A DNA stretch of 64,000 nt from Candidatus Obscuribacteraceae bacterium (GTDB taxonomy: Bacteria; Cyanobacteriota; Vampirovibrionia; Obscuribacterales; Obscuribacteraceae): positions 448,001-512,000 of the forward strand of contig JBGAHS010000006.1 of the NCBI GenBank assembly GCA_044226015.1. The letters are read 5' to 3'. The notes under the pieces were generated by a model. That model saw only the letters and a program-made list of their open reading frames with translations. It was not told the origin of the DNA and searched no databases. Shown here piece after piece: positions 9,511-20,000 of the stretch (the first letter of the stretch is position 1; each line of letters opens with the position of its first letter). Both the position numbers and the translations under genes were made by a program.

Positions 9511-11265
9511 ATGAAAAACACTATAACCACAATTAAATCCCGGCTGAAAGAAGCTGCAGTCAAATCTTTCGGTTCTGAACTTGAAAACATCGAGCCTCAG
9601 GTCGATGCTGCAAGTAATCCGACATTCGGCGACTTCCAGAGCAACATTGCTATGGTTTTGACCAAACAATTGAAAAAACCACCAAGAGCAATCGCGGAAG
9701 CAATCGTTCAGAATCTCGAAAGCGACGGCATTTACGATACCCCATCAGTTGCGGGTGCAGGCTTCATCAATTTGAAGCTAAAAAAAGAATACCTTGAGTC
9801 ACAGCTGAACGCTATCAAAAAAGACCCCAGACTAGGCATCGCTAAAGCAGCTCCACCAAAGAATGTGGTAGTTGATATGTCCAGCCCCAACATAGCAAAA
9901 GAGATGCATGTAGGACATTTGCGCTCTACAATCATTGGTGATGCGATAGCAAGAGCATATGATTTTCTCGGTCATAACGTAATCAAAGTGAACCATGTAG
10001 GTGATTGGGGAACGCAGTTTGGAATGCTTATTGCGGAGTTGAAAGAAAAATATCCGCAAGCACTAACTCAACAAGATGCTCTCGACCTGGGCGATTTGGT
10101 CGATTTTTATAAGCAATCGAAAAAGCACTTTGACGAAGATGCCGATTTCAAGGCACGCGCGCATCAGGAAGTAGTAAGCCTTCAATCAGGAAATGCCGAT
10201 AGTATCAAGGCATGGAAACTCTTATGCAATCAGTCGAGAAAAGCATTCGAGGAAATCTACGACATACTCGACATTCGCAATTTGAACGAACGCGGCGAAT
10301 CCTTTTATAATGACATGCTTGCCGACACAGTTGAAGGACTGGTTGAGAAAGGCATTGCGGTTGAAGACCAGGGGGCTCTCTGCGTTTTCCTCGATGGCTT
10401 CACCAACGAAGAAGGTAAACCGTTCCCTCTTATCGTCAAGAAAAAAGACGGCGGCTTCAATTATGCCACCACCGATATAGCAGCAATAAGACACAGAGTT
10501 GGCCCCCCAGATAATGCTGATGAAATCATTTACGTTGTTGGTGCAGAGCAATCATTACACTTGCAGATGATTCGCCTGGCTGCAATCAAAGCCGGTTGGT
10601 TGCCTGAAAGAGTTCGCACCGAACACGTGGGCTTTGGTGCAGTTCTGGGTGAAGACGGAAAGAAACTGAAAACCAGGTCAGGTGAAACAGTTCGCTTGAA
10701 AGACTTGCTTGATGAAGCAGTGGCTCACGCACGAGAAGACATAGAATCACGGTTTCAAGACAAAGAAAGCGCTGAGTGGAAAGATTCTATAGCACAGCTG
10801 ATAGGAATAGCCGCAGTCAAATACGCAGACTTGAGCTTGAACCGAATGACCAATTACATGTTCAGCTTCAAAAAGATGCTAAGTCTTCAAGGAAATACGG
10901 CACCATATATGATGTATGCATATGTGCGCGTGCGAGGCATAGCCAGAACTGCTGGCATCAAATTTGAAGAAATCGATGACAGCGCCAAAATGAATCTAGA
11001 TAGCCCTCAAGAATTGGAATTGGCTAAACAGATTCTGAAGTTGGATGAAATTCTGGACACTGTAACTCGCGAGTTCATTCCTAACCGAATATGCGAATAT
11101 ATTTTCGAATTGAGCCAGAAATTCAACCAGTTTTATGAGAATTGCCCGGTGCTTAATGCAGAAGAACCAACGCGTACATCGCGCCTTCTACTTTGTGACA
11201 TGACCGCAAGAACCATCGAAACAGGTATGAGCCTGCTAGGAATAAATGTGCCAGATCGCATGTAG
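9511..11265 (+). CDS. argS: Arginine--tRNA ligase
   Basis: 'FGDFQSN', 'SSPNIAKEMHVGHLRSTIIGD' (HIGH motif), 'GDWGTQFG', 'KTRSGE', 'GNTAPYMMYAYVR', C-terminal 'LLGINVPDRM'. The 8878 start in the track is an antisense extension. Confidence 0.97.
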   Translation: MKNTITTIKSRLKEAAVKSFGSELENIEPQVDAASNPTFGDFQSNIAMVLTKQLKKPPRAIAEAIVQNLESDGIYDTPSVAGAGFINLKLKKEYLESQLNAIKKDPRLGIAKAAPPKNVVVDMSSPNIAKEMHVGHLRSTIIGDAIARAYDFLGHNVIKVNHVGDWGTQFGMLIAELKEKYPQALTQQDALDLGDLVDFYKQSKKHFDEDADFKARAHQEVVSLQSGNADSIKAWKLLCNQSRKAFEEIYDILDIRNLNERGESFYNDMLADTVEGLVEKGIAVEDQGALCVFLDGFTNEEGKPFPLIVKKKDGGFNYATTDIAAIRHRVGPPDNADEIIYVVGAEQSLHLQMIRLAAIKAGWLPERVRTEHVGFGAVLGEDGKKLKTRSGETVRLKDLLDEAVAHAREDIESRFQDKESAEWKDSIAQLIGIAAVKYADLSLNRMTNYMFSFKKMLSLQGNTAPYMMYAYVRVRGIARTAGIKFEEIDDSAKMNLDSPQELELAKQILKLDEILDTVTREFIPNRICEYIFELSQKFNQFYENCPVLNAEEPTRTSRLLLCDMTARTIETGMSLLGINVPDRM

Positions 11266-11266
11266 C

Positions 11267-12067
11267 ATGGCAAGATCAATTTTGAAGCAAACCATAACTC
11301 TGCTCTTTTTGCTTTTGCTTACAACTTCACTGGTAGAAGCAAAAGACGGAGTCAATGCTGCCTCTAGCAATGGAGCGGAGCAAAGCCTGATACTCCAGGG
11401 TGGCTTAAAAATGAGCGAGAAGATAATGCCAGTTCCGCTCAATTTGAAAAGCGGAAGTTCGTTTTACAGCGCAATGATAAGTGACAACGAAGAAGAGGAT
11501 GAGTGGATCAAATTACCATCCTGGCGCGCTGGTATTTTCGAAAGACATACAGCATCACGCCAACGAAAAACTGATAGCAACAAATCACACGTCTTTAGGT
11601 CCAAATACGTGACACCTGAACAAGTGCTACAGAAGGATCGCAATGGTGGCATATGGCAATATTTGACGGCGCCAGAGCACCAGAGCATCGATATCGGAGC
11701 CTATGTTCAATACTCGAAGATTACGGATAACGAGATAATTGAATCATCCGAAAAAGAAGAACTAATGCGCACAAAATTCCTTTCTCTCAAGGTAGACAAA
11801 ACCAGCGGGAAAATTTTGGAAGTGTTTCAGCAAGAACAAATGGACTATTTGACACCCCTCAGAAAAGGGAAAGGATTTCACCAGGATAGCTACGTCAAAT
11901 GGTTTGATGAGACCGGACAGGCAAGCAGCAAACCAACAGATGAAATGTCTGCGGACATGATACTCGTAAAACCCTATAGCCTGAGCAACAGCTACAAAGG
12001 CAAAGATATGCGTGCAAGCTTACGACAATATCTAAAGAATCATAATCTAGAAGAATTGATACCTTAA
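11267..12067 (+). CDS. Hypothetical exported protein
   Basis: Signal peptide 'LLFLLLLTTSLVEA'; starts 2 nt after the argS stop. Confidence 0.7.
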   Translation: MARSILKQTITLLFLLLLTTSLVEAKDGVNAASSNGAEQSLILQGGLKMSEKIMPVPLNLKSGSSFYSAMISDNEEEDEWIKLPSWRAGIFERHTASRQRKTDSNKSHVFRSKYVTPEQVLQKDRNGGIWQYLTAPEHQSIDIGAYVQYSKITDNEIIESSEKEELMRTKFLSLKVDKTSGKILEVFQQEQMDYLTPLRKGKGFHQDSYVKWFDETGQASSKPTDEMSADMILVKPYSLSNSYKGKDMRASLRQYLKNHNLEELIP

Positions 12068-12099
12068 TAAAGGAAAAGAGAAGGGAATCTAAATTTGGA

Positions 12100-12881
12100 A
12101 TTGAGTGAATCTCGTTAAGGTTCGATGGCTAAATCGCCTTCTGATATAGATCGAACTAAAAGTCGATATACATTCTGCTTTCGAACCGATTCATGCGACC
12201 GTCCATCGAGCAAACTTCAACAAGCTCAATGCTTTGCGGACTTTGCGGAATTCCGCAAGAGCTTTGCGTGAAAGCTAATTGTTCAAACTCAGTGCAAAAA
12301 GCATAATCAACTCATCCTCGAAATGAGATGAGTTCGAGCAACCCTGAAGCTTTGAACTCCTCTCGCGAGAGGACAACTAATTCGAACTGACAAACAAGTT
12401 TTTTTACCCGGTGGATCCGTGCTTTGCCGGTTGCCCCGAGACGCAACCGGCAGGGCACAGACTCTGAAAGATCAGTCGAAAAAGTTGAGTGTTGCCGAGG
12501 GCGCCGCAATCGGCACAATTGCAGCGATCTGTTGCTCTGAGAACCGCCTACCTCTGAAGGCATAAAGCGCACTGTCCTGGAGAGTTGCAATGTTTTGGCT
12601 AGACAGTTGAATGGGAGCATCTTCTGTCAAAGCCGCGGCGAGTGAATTGATACTCTTCAATTCACTTCGAAATTCGGATTACGGGGAATAATCCGAACGC
12701 AAGGCGATTGGACCGAGCTAGAGCCATTGCTCACCATCGCAGCTGTGCCTCTAGCGTAGCAGAGGGGAATCTGCTTCACTAGAGGCGCAGCAAATCAAAG
12801 AGCTATCTTTGATTGATTATAAGAAGGAAACGATCGTTTGAAGAATGAGTGCTGGGTAGCAGAGCCCAGCACTCATTCTTC
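12100..12881 (+). ncRNA. Candidate large structured non-coding RNA (family not recognised)
   Basis: About 800 nt without a credible ORF. More than a dozen stems visible by eye, several nested. Mismatches resolve as G-U on the + strand. Boundaries approximate. Confidence 0.5.
12840..12881. terminator. Perfect 17-bp inverted repeat, probable terminator
   Basis: GAAGAATGAGTGCTGGG-tagcagag-CCCAGCACTCATTCTTC, about 40 nt past the stop of the minus-strand gene ending at 12922. Confidence 0.65.
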
Positions 12882-12921
12882 TATTACGGCTAAGCACAAT
12901 TACATGCCAGAGAATAACAGT

Positions 12922-15900
12922 TTACTGCATCCCGTTCTTTGTCTGCTTCGCTTGCCAGGCTTCGCGGAATTTCTTGACGCTACTATTGAAATCGTCAATC
13001 ACATTGGCATGAAGCGAAATTTGGAGTGGTTCCATCAACCTCTGTCCTAATGCAATTCTCATTTCAGTTCTGTTTCTAAAATCTCGCGTCAATGCTGATG
13101 AAAATTCAGGGACAGTTATGAGTTTGTTGATTCGACCGATCAATTGAATTCTGTCACTCTCTGTTCCCCACGAAGAGAAATTCTCGATATGCTGCCGAGC
13201 CTGAAGCAGATATTCTGGAGACTTGGTGCCAAGCAAAAGTCCGATTGCTTGTGTTCTTACAGGCGAGGAAGTATCAACCAAGTTACTCGCTAATTCATAA
13301 GCTCGATCAGGGTTAACTTTGAAGATTGTGTCCAATGCCTCAGTCGAGAACTTACTCCTTTCTTTGAGTCTGGCGATCATCAAATCTTCAGGCATGAGTT
13401 CACGAGCAGCGGCAATGAGTTTAGGATCGCCAGAGGCACCCAAGACGCGCAGGTTGCTGGCAGCAGCGGAAAACGTTTTGGTATCGGATATCCAGGCTCG
13501 ATAGTCAACCTTTGACTGAGCTTTAGCAGCATCGTAAGAGGCTCGCAAAGCATCATCATATAGTTCAGGTTTCTTTTCTGCAATTCGCTCGAGTAATGTT
13601 TGCATTGCCAGTTTGCTGATGTGATCTGCATTTGGATTTGCAGCCAACCGTTTTGCTTGAGCTAGTACCAGATGCTGCAGCGGAGTTGGATCCTTCATCA
13701 CCTTAAGTTGACTTACAATCTCAGGCATGCCACGGAGTAACCATGACGGCATATCTTGATTAACCAGCATGCGAAGTGCCATTATTTGCGCTGGACCATT
13801 AGACAATGCCAGACGACGACTAGCAAAATACTGTTCATTCGTTCCGTGTATTGGACTGATAAGTTCAAGGGCAGTTTTTGCACTTTCTGGAGCGCTGCCA
13901 TTCATGGCGAGTTGCTCTAAAGCAGAAATGGGAAATAATCTTGCTGCCAATTCTTTGCTGGCACCTGGCTCTGCAAGAGCTTTTGCCAGTTCGAGACTGG
14001 CCTTGTGATAAGGCATAGCTGGGTCTAGAATATTCGCTACAGAATACGTATTTAGAAGTTGAACCATCTTCTCGTAGTTTCTTGCGCGCAAGGCGAATGA
14101 TTGTGGGTCTACAGCCTTCATCAACTCAAGACTCAAGACAACCCTTGCAACTACATCGCGACTAAAATTGCCGTCAGCTGGTCTTGCATCGGCAGCAGCT
14201 TCTAGCGCTTTCTTATCGACAAGTTTTTCAGCAAAGGCTCTGCTCTCTGGAGACGAGTACAACATTCGAACTAAGGAGGTGCTTTCAAGAACATCTTGAA
14301 TTTTATGGCTTGCAAGCTTTTCATTTAGGCTCTTCACTGCCTTAGGCAGCACTTCCGTATCAATATAATCGAGCCTCCTTGTCAGCTCTTCTCGCCCCTT
14401 GCTATTCTCACTTTCGGGAGCCTTCGCCATACTTGCCCTGAGCGCACTACCTATGATGGCAGTTCTTATAGGTGCCTTCTCAGCAAGAGTTAGAAAATAC
14501 TCGGGAGAAGGATCCAAAACGGCTTCGCCGAAGCTAGTTGCCCAATTTTCGCTGCTGTTCCTTTTGCCGTAAGAGCGCAAGACAAACGGTTCGAGTTTTA
14601 TTGCTTGCGAATAGGCCGCAAAGGTATGGGGATACTCAGCTTGCATAAGATGAGTCCATTCGTGATTTAGAACCGTTGGAACTTCGTTGAATACCTGGCT
14701 GCTTTCTTTGAATAATCGAATTCGTCCGCCACCACTACTTGTCGCGTCAGCCAGGGTGTCTTTAGAGGCACTGTAAGCTAAAGAACTGTCATCAGTCAAA
14801 ACTAGTAGCTGATTGAGCCTGCGATTAGGAAGCCTGTCCAAATATTGTCCAAAGTACTCAGGCAACAAGTGGTCGCGATAAGGAGAAGTAAACAATGTTC
14901 TCCTGGCTTCATTTATTTGCTCGCGAATTTCTGGAAGCATAGATGGTGACAAGGTAGCTGTCCGGCGCAAATCGCGCAACTCATCAAGCCTGGCGGCGTG
15001 AGTCTCCTCGACAGCGATTGTCTGAGTTCGCTCACGCAGCCCAGAGAGGAACTTGTCGAAAGTGTCCTGATTGATAGTTCGCTCTTTTAACTGCTCTCTT
15101 CTATCGGCAAGCTCTACTGTCTGCTCTTGCGACATAATTCTGTAGACACGCACATTGAGATTTGATTTAACCAACGGAGGAAGGTCTTCTGGCTTCGCAT
15201 CTGCTGTAACAGCTCTGTGTTCCATCCGCAAACTCGTCCGTTCATACATCTGTCCGGAACTAGCTGGCAATATTCTCAACTCAGCCTGCCATGGCTGTTC
15301 CATTCTTTCAGCAGACATATTCAACGCGAGGTAAGTGTCGATAGATTTGGCTTTGACAATAGCAGAATCATATCCAATGCCCAAAAGCTTGTTCCATCTG
15401 TTGCCAGTGCTGTCCACAGACTTGCCATAATTTTCCTGCAAGCTCCAGACCCGAAACGGCGCAGTTTCGGCACTGCGGTGCATGAAGCCAGATGATTCAA
15501 GGCTGCCATAAGGAACCCAGATTGAATTGGCCCCTCGCTTTTCACTCACGGACTTTTCGCTAAAAATGCGACCATCTTCGAGCTGCCAGAATTTCCCTTT
15601 TTCTGTTTCGTACTGTTTTGCACCGTTAAGTGCACCTTCTTCTGGACGATTATTTTCTCCAATCTTTTTTGCCACCAGAGACTCAATGAGATTTGCTTTC
15701 ACAGGTGCATTATCATTGGCAAGATTGAACTTCATTGGTGATCTTGAAACAATTCCTATGCCATCAATCTGTTCAGTAATAGAAACTGGTTCGTTCATTG
15801 CTCTAGCGACATTCGAGTCTAGAGGCACTTCTTTGGGACTGACTGTCTCTGCTTGGGCGCTTACAATCTTTTCCGGAGATAAGCCAGCTTCATTCTGAGC

Positions 15901-16734
15901 TTGTGCCTGGCGGCTGATGTGACGGCTGGCAATTATGCCACCTGGTGCTGCGGCTAGCCCTGAACTCAGTCCTTCCAGAGTTCCTCGATAGACAATTTCG
16001 CCTAAATCATAATGTCCAGACTGATACTGCCGTTGTGCCTCTGCAGATGAACCAGAGAGAAAACCGAAACTTGCACCAGTTGAGATAGTCTGCATGACTG
16101 TACTGCGCTCAAGCAAACCTCTGGTGAGCACGTTTGCTGACTTCATTATCAGAGCTGAACCAGAAAACACAGCTATATCCGTAGCAAGCGCAGGCAAATT
16201 CACTGCACCAGAGGCGGTATTATACAAACCACGAGATAGACTGAACTCTCGATTCTCATCCAAGTAGCTCTGTCGCGTTAAACCGCCATCTATCAATCTC
16301 GAACTAATACCAAAGCTCATCGCCTTAGCGGAGATTTCTAGCGGCTTCCCACTCAAAAACTTGGGTGCTAAGCCTGCCTCGACCAGCCCATTTACCCCGC
16401 TAAAGTTCACTCTTCCGAGCAAGTCGAAACTGCCTTTGGTCAGGGCACCTTTGCCCGCCCCCAAAGCAAAATCGTTCAACTGGTCCGAGAGAGCATCTCC
16501 CTGCTTCGCTTCATCGAGCCCCGCGAGGACAGCAGCCGCACCATAACCAACGGCGGCAGCCCTTCGACTTATCGATGGCAAAAACAGCGGAACAGTTTTG
16601 GCGAATTGAGCTAAATAACCTGCCAATTCATTGCGAAAGGAAGAGCTGCTGTCGTCAGCTGGATGCGCGACGGTGTCGATGGCATTTTTGATGCCAGATT
16701 TCAGCAGAGAATCTTTTTCTCGATTCAGTTCCAT
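12922..16734 (-). CDS. Large (1270 aa) hypothetical protein: Gly/Ala-rich hydrophobic N-terminus, central HExxH motif, helical C-terminus
   Basis: Long ORF; 'LNHEWTHL' followed by 'SYGKRNSSENWA'; Leu/Ala-rich helical C-terminal half. Confidence 0.65.
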   Translation of the reverse strand: MELNREKDSLLKSGIKNAIDTVAHPADDSSSSFRNELAGYLAQFAKTVPLFLPSISRRAAAVGYGAAAVLAGLDEAKQGDALSDQLNDFALGAGKGALTKGSFDLLGRVNFSGVNGLVEAGLAPKFLSGKPLEISAKAMSFGISSRLIDGGLTRQSYLDENREFSLSRGLYNTASGAVNLPALATDIAVFSGSALIMKSANVLTRGLLERSTVMQTISTGASFGFLSGSSAEAQRQYQSGHYDLGEIVYRGTLEGLSSGLAAAPGGIIASRHISRQAQAQNEAGLSPEKIVSAQAETVSPKEVPLDSNVARAMNEPVSITEQIDGIGIVSRSPMKFNLANDNAPVKANLIESLVAKKIGENNRPEEGALNGAKQYETEKGKFWQLEDGRIFSEKSVSEKRGANSIWVPYGSLESSGFMHRSAETAPFRVWSLQENYGKSVDSTGNRWNKLLGIGYDSAIVKAKSIDTYLALNMSAERMEQPWQAELRILPASSGQMYERTSLRMEHRAVTADAKPEDLPPLVKSNLNVRVYRIMSQEQTVELADRREQLKERTINQDTFDKFLSGLRERTQTIAVEETHAARLDELRDLRRTATLSPSMLPEIREQINEARRTLFTSPYRDHLLPEYFGQYLDRLPNRRLNQLLVLTDDSSLAYSASKDTLADATSSGGGRIRLFKESSQVFNEVPTVLNHEWTHLMQAEYPHTFAAYSQAIKLEPFVLRSYGKRNSSENWATSFGEAVLDPSPEYFLTLAEKAPIRTAIIGSALRASMAKAPESENSKGREELTRRLDYIDTEVLPKAVKSLNEKLASHKIQDVLESTSLVRMLYSSPESRAFAEKLVDKKALEAAADARPADGNFSRDVVARVVLSLELMKAVDPQSFALRARNYEKMVQLLNTYSVANILDPAMPYHKASLELAKALAEPGASKELAARLFPISALEQLAMNGSAPESAKTALELISPIHGTNEQYFASRRLALSNGPAQIMALRMLVNQDMPSWLLRGMPEIVSQLKVMKDPTPLQHLVLAQAKRLAANPNADHISKLAMQTLLERIAEKKPELYDDALRASYDAAKAQSKVDYRAWISDTKTFSAAASNLRVLGASGDPKLIAAARELMPEDLMIARLKERSKFSTEALDTIFKVNPDRAYELASNLVDTSSPVRTQAIGLLLGTKSPEYLLQARQHIENFSSWGTESDRIQLIGRINKLITVPEFSSALTRDFRNRTEMRIALGQRLMEPLQISLHANVIDDFNSSVKKFREAWQAKQTKNGMQ

Positions 16735-17083
16735 TTTGCGCCCATTTTCCGATAGCTCAAGGATATGGAACGCAGACTGCTTGAGCTACGGGGATTGGTG
16801 TACAACTGGAGTGAGCAAACTGCGATTGTCCCCATTTACCACTGCACAATTCCACGGTCAATTTGATTACTCCAAAATCAATGTCACTAATCCACAGACT
16901 TAAGCGACTCGGGTGTTTTGGGACAAGATAAATTCTCAGGAAAAACCGAGAATTAATCTAGCTCAAAATGGGCACATTAAATCTAGGATTGACCTATTAA
17001 ACGATGTCAAGAAACATTATGGGTACGCATAGAATAAGACAGCGGCAGAATTGCTCTTGCCGAATTCATGAGCCTAATTGAAC

Positions 17084-20000
17084 ATGCCATTAGAAGAGCA
17101 AGATGACAGCATAAAGAAGCGGCACGAAGAGCCCGACAATAGCTCGTCCAGACTAAGGTCTGAGAGCGATCTTGCCTTGCGCGAAAATATGAACACTTCG
17201 CGTTCGCCGTCAGATACATCCAAAGTACCAGCCATCTCGCTAGATGAGAGCCGCACGACATCGAACAAAACTGACACACGTCAAGTTGTGACCAGAGTTT
17301 CAGATGACGATGCCTCACCGGATTCATTTTTTGCTCCGAGAAAAGACAATGGCTCAGCAAAGCCGTCTCCTCAAGCCGAGCTTCCGCCAAATTCCAAAGG
17401 AACACTCAAAGAGAATTTCAACAGCAGTCCCGATATCAATACAAAGCAAGATACTTATTCGGTGAAAAACGTAGCTGAGAAAACTCAGCAGAACTCGTCG
17501 GACAGTGGCAGCGCTTACCGCAGCGTGGCTGATACTCTCACGAGGACTGCCGCCGGTGTTGGCGCGAGCTTGGTGCACGAAATTAACAATGCAAATGCCA
17601 GAATTGCGACTGAAACGGCAATGGCGGCAAACTCTCCTGTTCAATCGTTAAAGTCAGAAATCAAAAACAATATAGAACCCTCCTTCACCAGTCCAAAGCA
17701 ACTTGAAAAACTGGAAGCCAATTCCGCGTCCATTGGAAACATGTTGAACAGTGCTTCGCGCGAGGTAGGGTCTGCCTTGGCTCAAAAGGCTTCGCTTGCA
17801 GGCTCTGTCGGTGAATTGGTGAACCGCAGCGACTCGATGAAACAAGAGATGCAGCATTATGCCCAAGCAGCTAAAGCAGTCGAGGCGCATAATCTGGAAA
17901 CTCGCGCTGACGGTCTCAAAGGTGATGGATATGCAGGCGCCAAGAGTTACGAAAACATGGTCAAGAACGACGCTTTCAATTCGTTCGCAGCGAAAGAAGC
18001 CCTGAAAATGGAAAACAGCGGCGGAGCGAAAACAGAATCTGGCTTGCTTCACGGAGCTGATAACACAAACGGCATTCTTCCAAAAATCGAAGGCGCTATC
18101 AGAAACAACGGAGAGCCCGGAGCAAAATCTCCCGAGCCAGCCGGGCGTTCACTGGAAGCAGCGATCAAAACCTCGGGCGATTCAATTCGAACGACGGAGT
18201 CTCGCCTGTCCGAACAAGGTAAGCAGCTCGGAGAGCAATTGTCCAAGTCGCCTGAGCTGGGCGCGAAAATCAACTCGCAAGATCTGCGCTCCAATGTCCC
18301 AGAAAATACATTGAAGCCCGGTGCTATAGACAATGCACGCTTGAGCCCGTCGGACTCAAGCATCAAGTCTAATGCACCGGAACAAAGCAATAAGGTAAGT
18401 CCAAGCGACAACGGCAGCAGAGTCAACAGCCCAGAAACGGTTTCCAGACCACAAACAGAGCCAGGCAACAAAGTTGGACTAGAGCCAGTGCACAAGACTA
18501 CTGCAGACAATATTGTTAGCAAGAGCACTGCTGACAATGTAGCCAAAGTTTCGGCCGATAGTTCGTTGAAGGGCTCAACTATTCCAGGTGCAAAAGTTGA
18601 ACCTGGCACTCATACTGAAGCAGCAAAGCTAGAAGCAGTTCGTGTTGGTGAACAAAAAAATCAGACCGGTGCGGTGAAAGACGCGGGCACAAATTCAACT
18701 ATAGGAAAATCAGAAACCGCAGCTAATAGCATTGCCATCAAACTTGATCCTTCAAAAGGCGAACTTTCTACAAAAGGCGACCATGCAGCAATCAAGCTCG
18801 ATGCCGGAGTTGCCGTAAAGAGCGCTATGCTAAACAGTAGTGAAATGCACTCGGCGGTGCAAAATAGCATTTCTAAACTTGATGCACGGACTCTTCCAAG
18901 CACTAATAATGATGCCGCTAAAGTTATTTTGCAAGGAAAAGTAGAAAACCAGACAAGCATTACTGGAGCCAGAGACAACGGTGCAAGGGACATACAAACG
19001 AATAAATCTGCGCAAGCAGAAGTAAGCACCACACGCAGTATCGCACAATCAAATCTTTCAGCTAAGGCAGAGGAACATATCGTCGCCGGAAAAAATCAGT
19101 CCTCGCAACTTGAGGGGAAGGTGAATACTAGCAATATCAACAATATTGCCGGCACTCGCAATGCGGAAGTTGCTGCAGCAGGCGGTCGCGCTCAAGCCAA
19201 TATCGCGCAAGGCAAAGAAATAAGCGGCGGCAACCGGGCAGACTTGAATGGACGAAGCGATGCAACAGTTGGACAGAAAGGAAGCACCATCGGTAATGCC
19301 GCAATACTTGGCGGAAAAGTTGCCGGCGATGCTGCTGTCGGAGTTAAAGGTGCTGGACGCGCCATCCGCGCTGAAGGCGGCAGGTATCTAACAGGTGTAG
19401 AAATCGGACTACTAATTGCAGCGGTGGGTATCGCCAAAGCACGTAACGATGCTCGCAACGCCAAACCAGGGGAAGGGGCAGCTAAAGAATTTAGCACTCA
19501 TAAAGGTTTCCTCACCGAAAGAGGTTCGCGTATTACCGAACTCACTGCAAATGTGCGTCGATTCCCAGGAAAAGAAATTACATTGTCCGCCATGTTGGCA
19601 ATTACCGGTGCTGCAGGCAAACAAAGCGAACAGGCTAACGGCATGGCTAACCGCAGTATGGATTTCAATATTAGAATCGAGAGAAGCATTGGTGCAACCG
19701 GTGGAAAAACGAGCAAGGAAGATCTTGTAGCAGCGGCACTGTTCCAACAAAAGGAAGCAGATCCACCTGCTGAACTTACAGATAAGAAGAAGCCAGAGGA
19801 AGAAGATAGCAAGCTCGACACGCAATTGCTTGGACTACTGCCAAGCGCAGCCTTGTTGCGTGGACGAAAGAACGAAGCAGAAGAAACTGATGAATCAGAC
19901 GATATAACTGCTGCTTCAGACTCTCTGGACCTGGGCAACACGGCATCTGCTTATCGGCGCGTCGTGAAAATAAAAGCTGAAGAAACTCTGGTGAGCATTG

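Noticed and set aside
12455..12480. Group I intron R/S-like words (CAGACT...AAGATCAGTC)
   Set aside because: Only a few nt separate them, leaving no room for P3'/P8, and no interrupted host gene is evident.
12312..12660. Short minus-strand ORFs (102 aa, 62 aa) in the structured region
   Set aside because: Non-ATG starts, no RBS, no recognisable motifs; the pairing pattern explains the sequence better.
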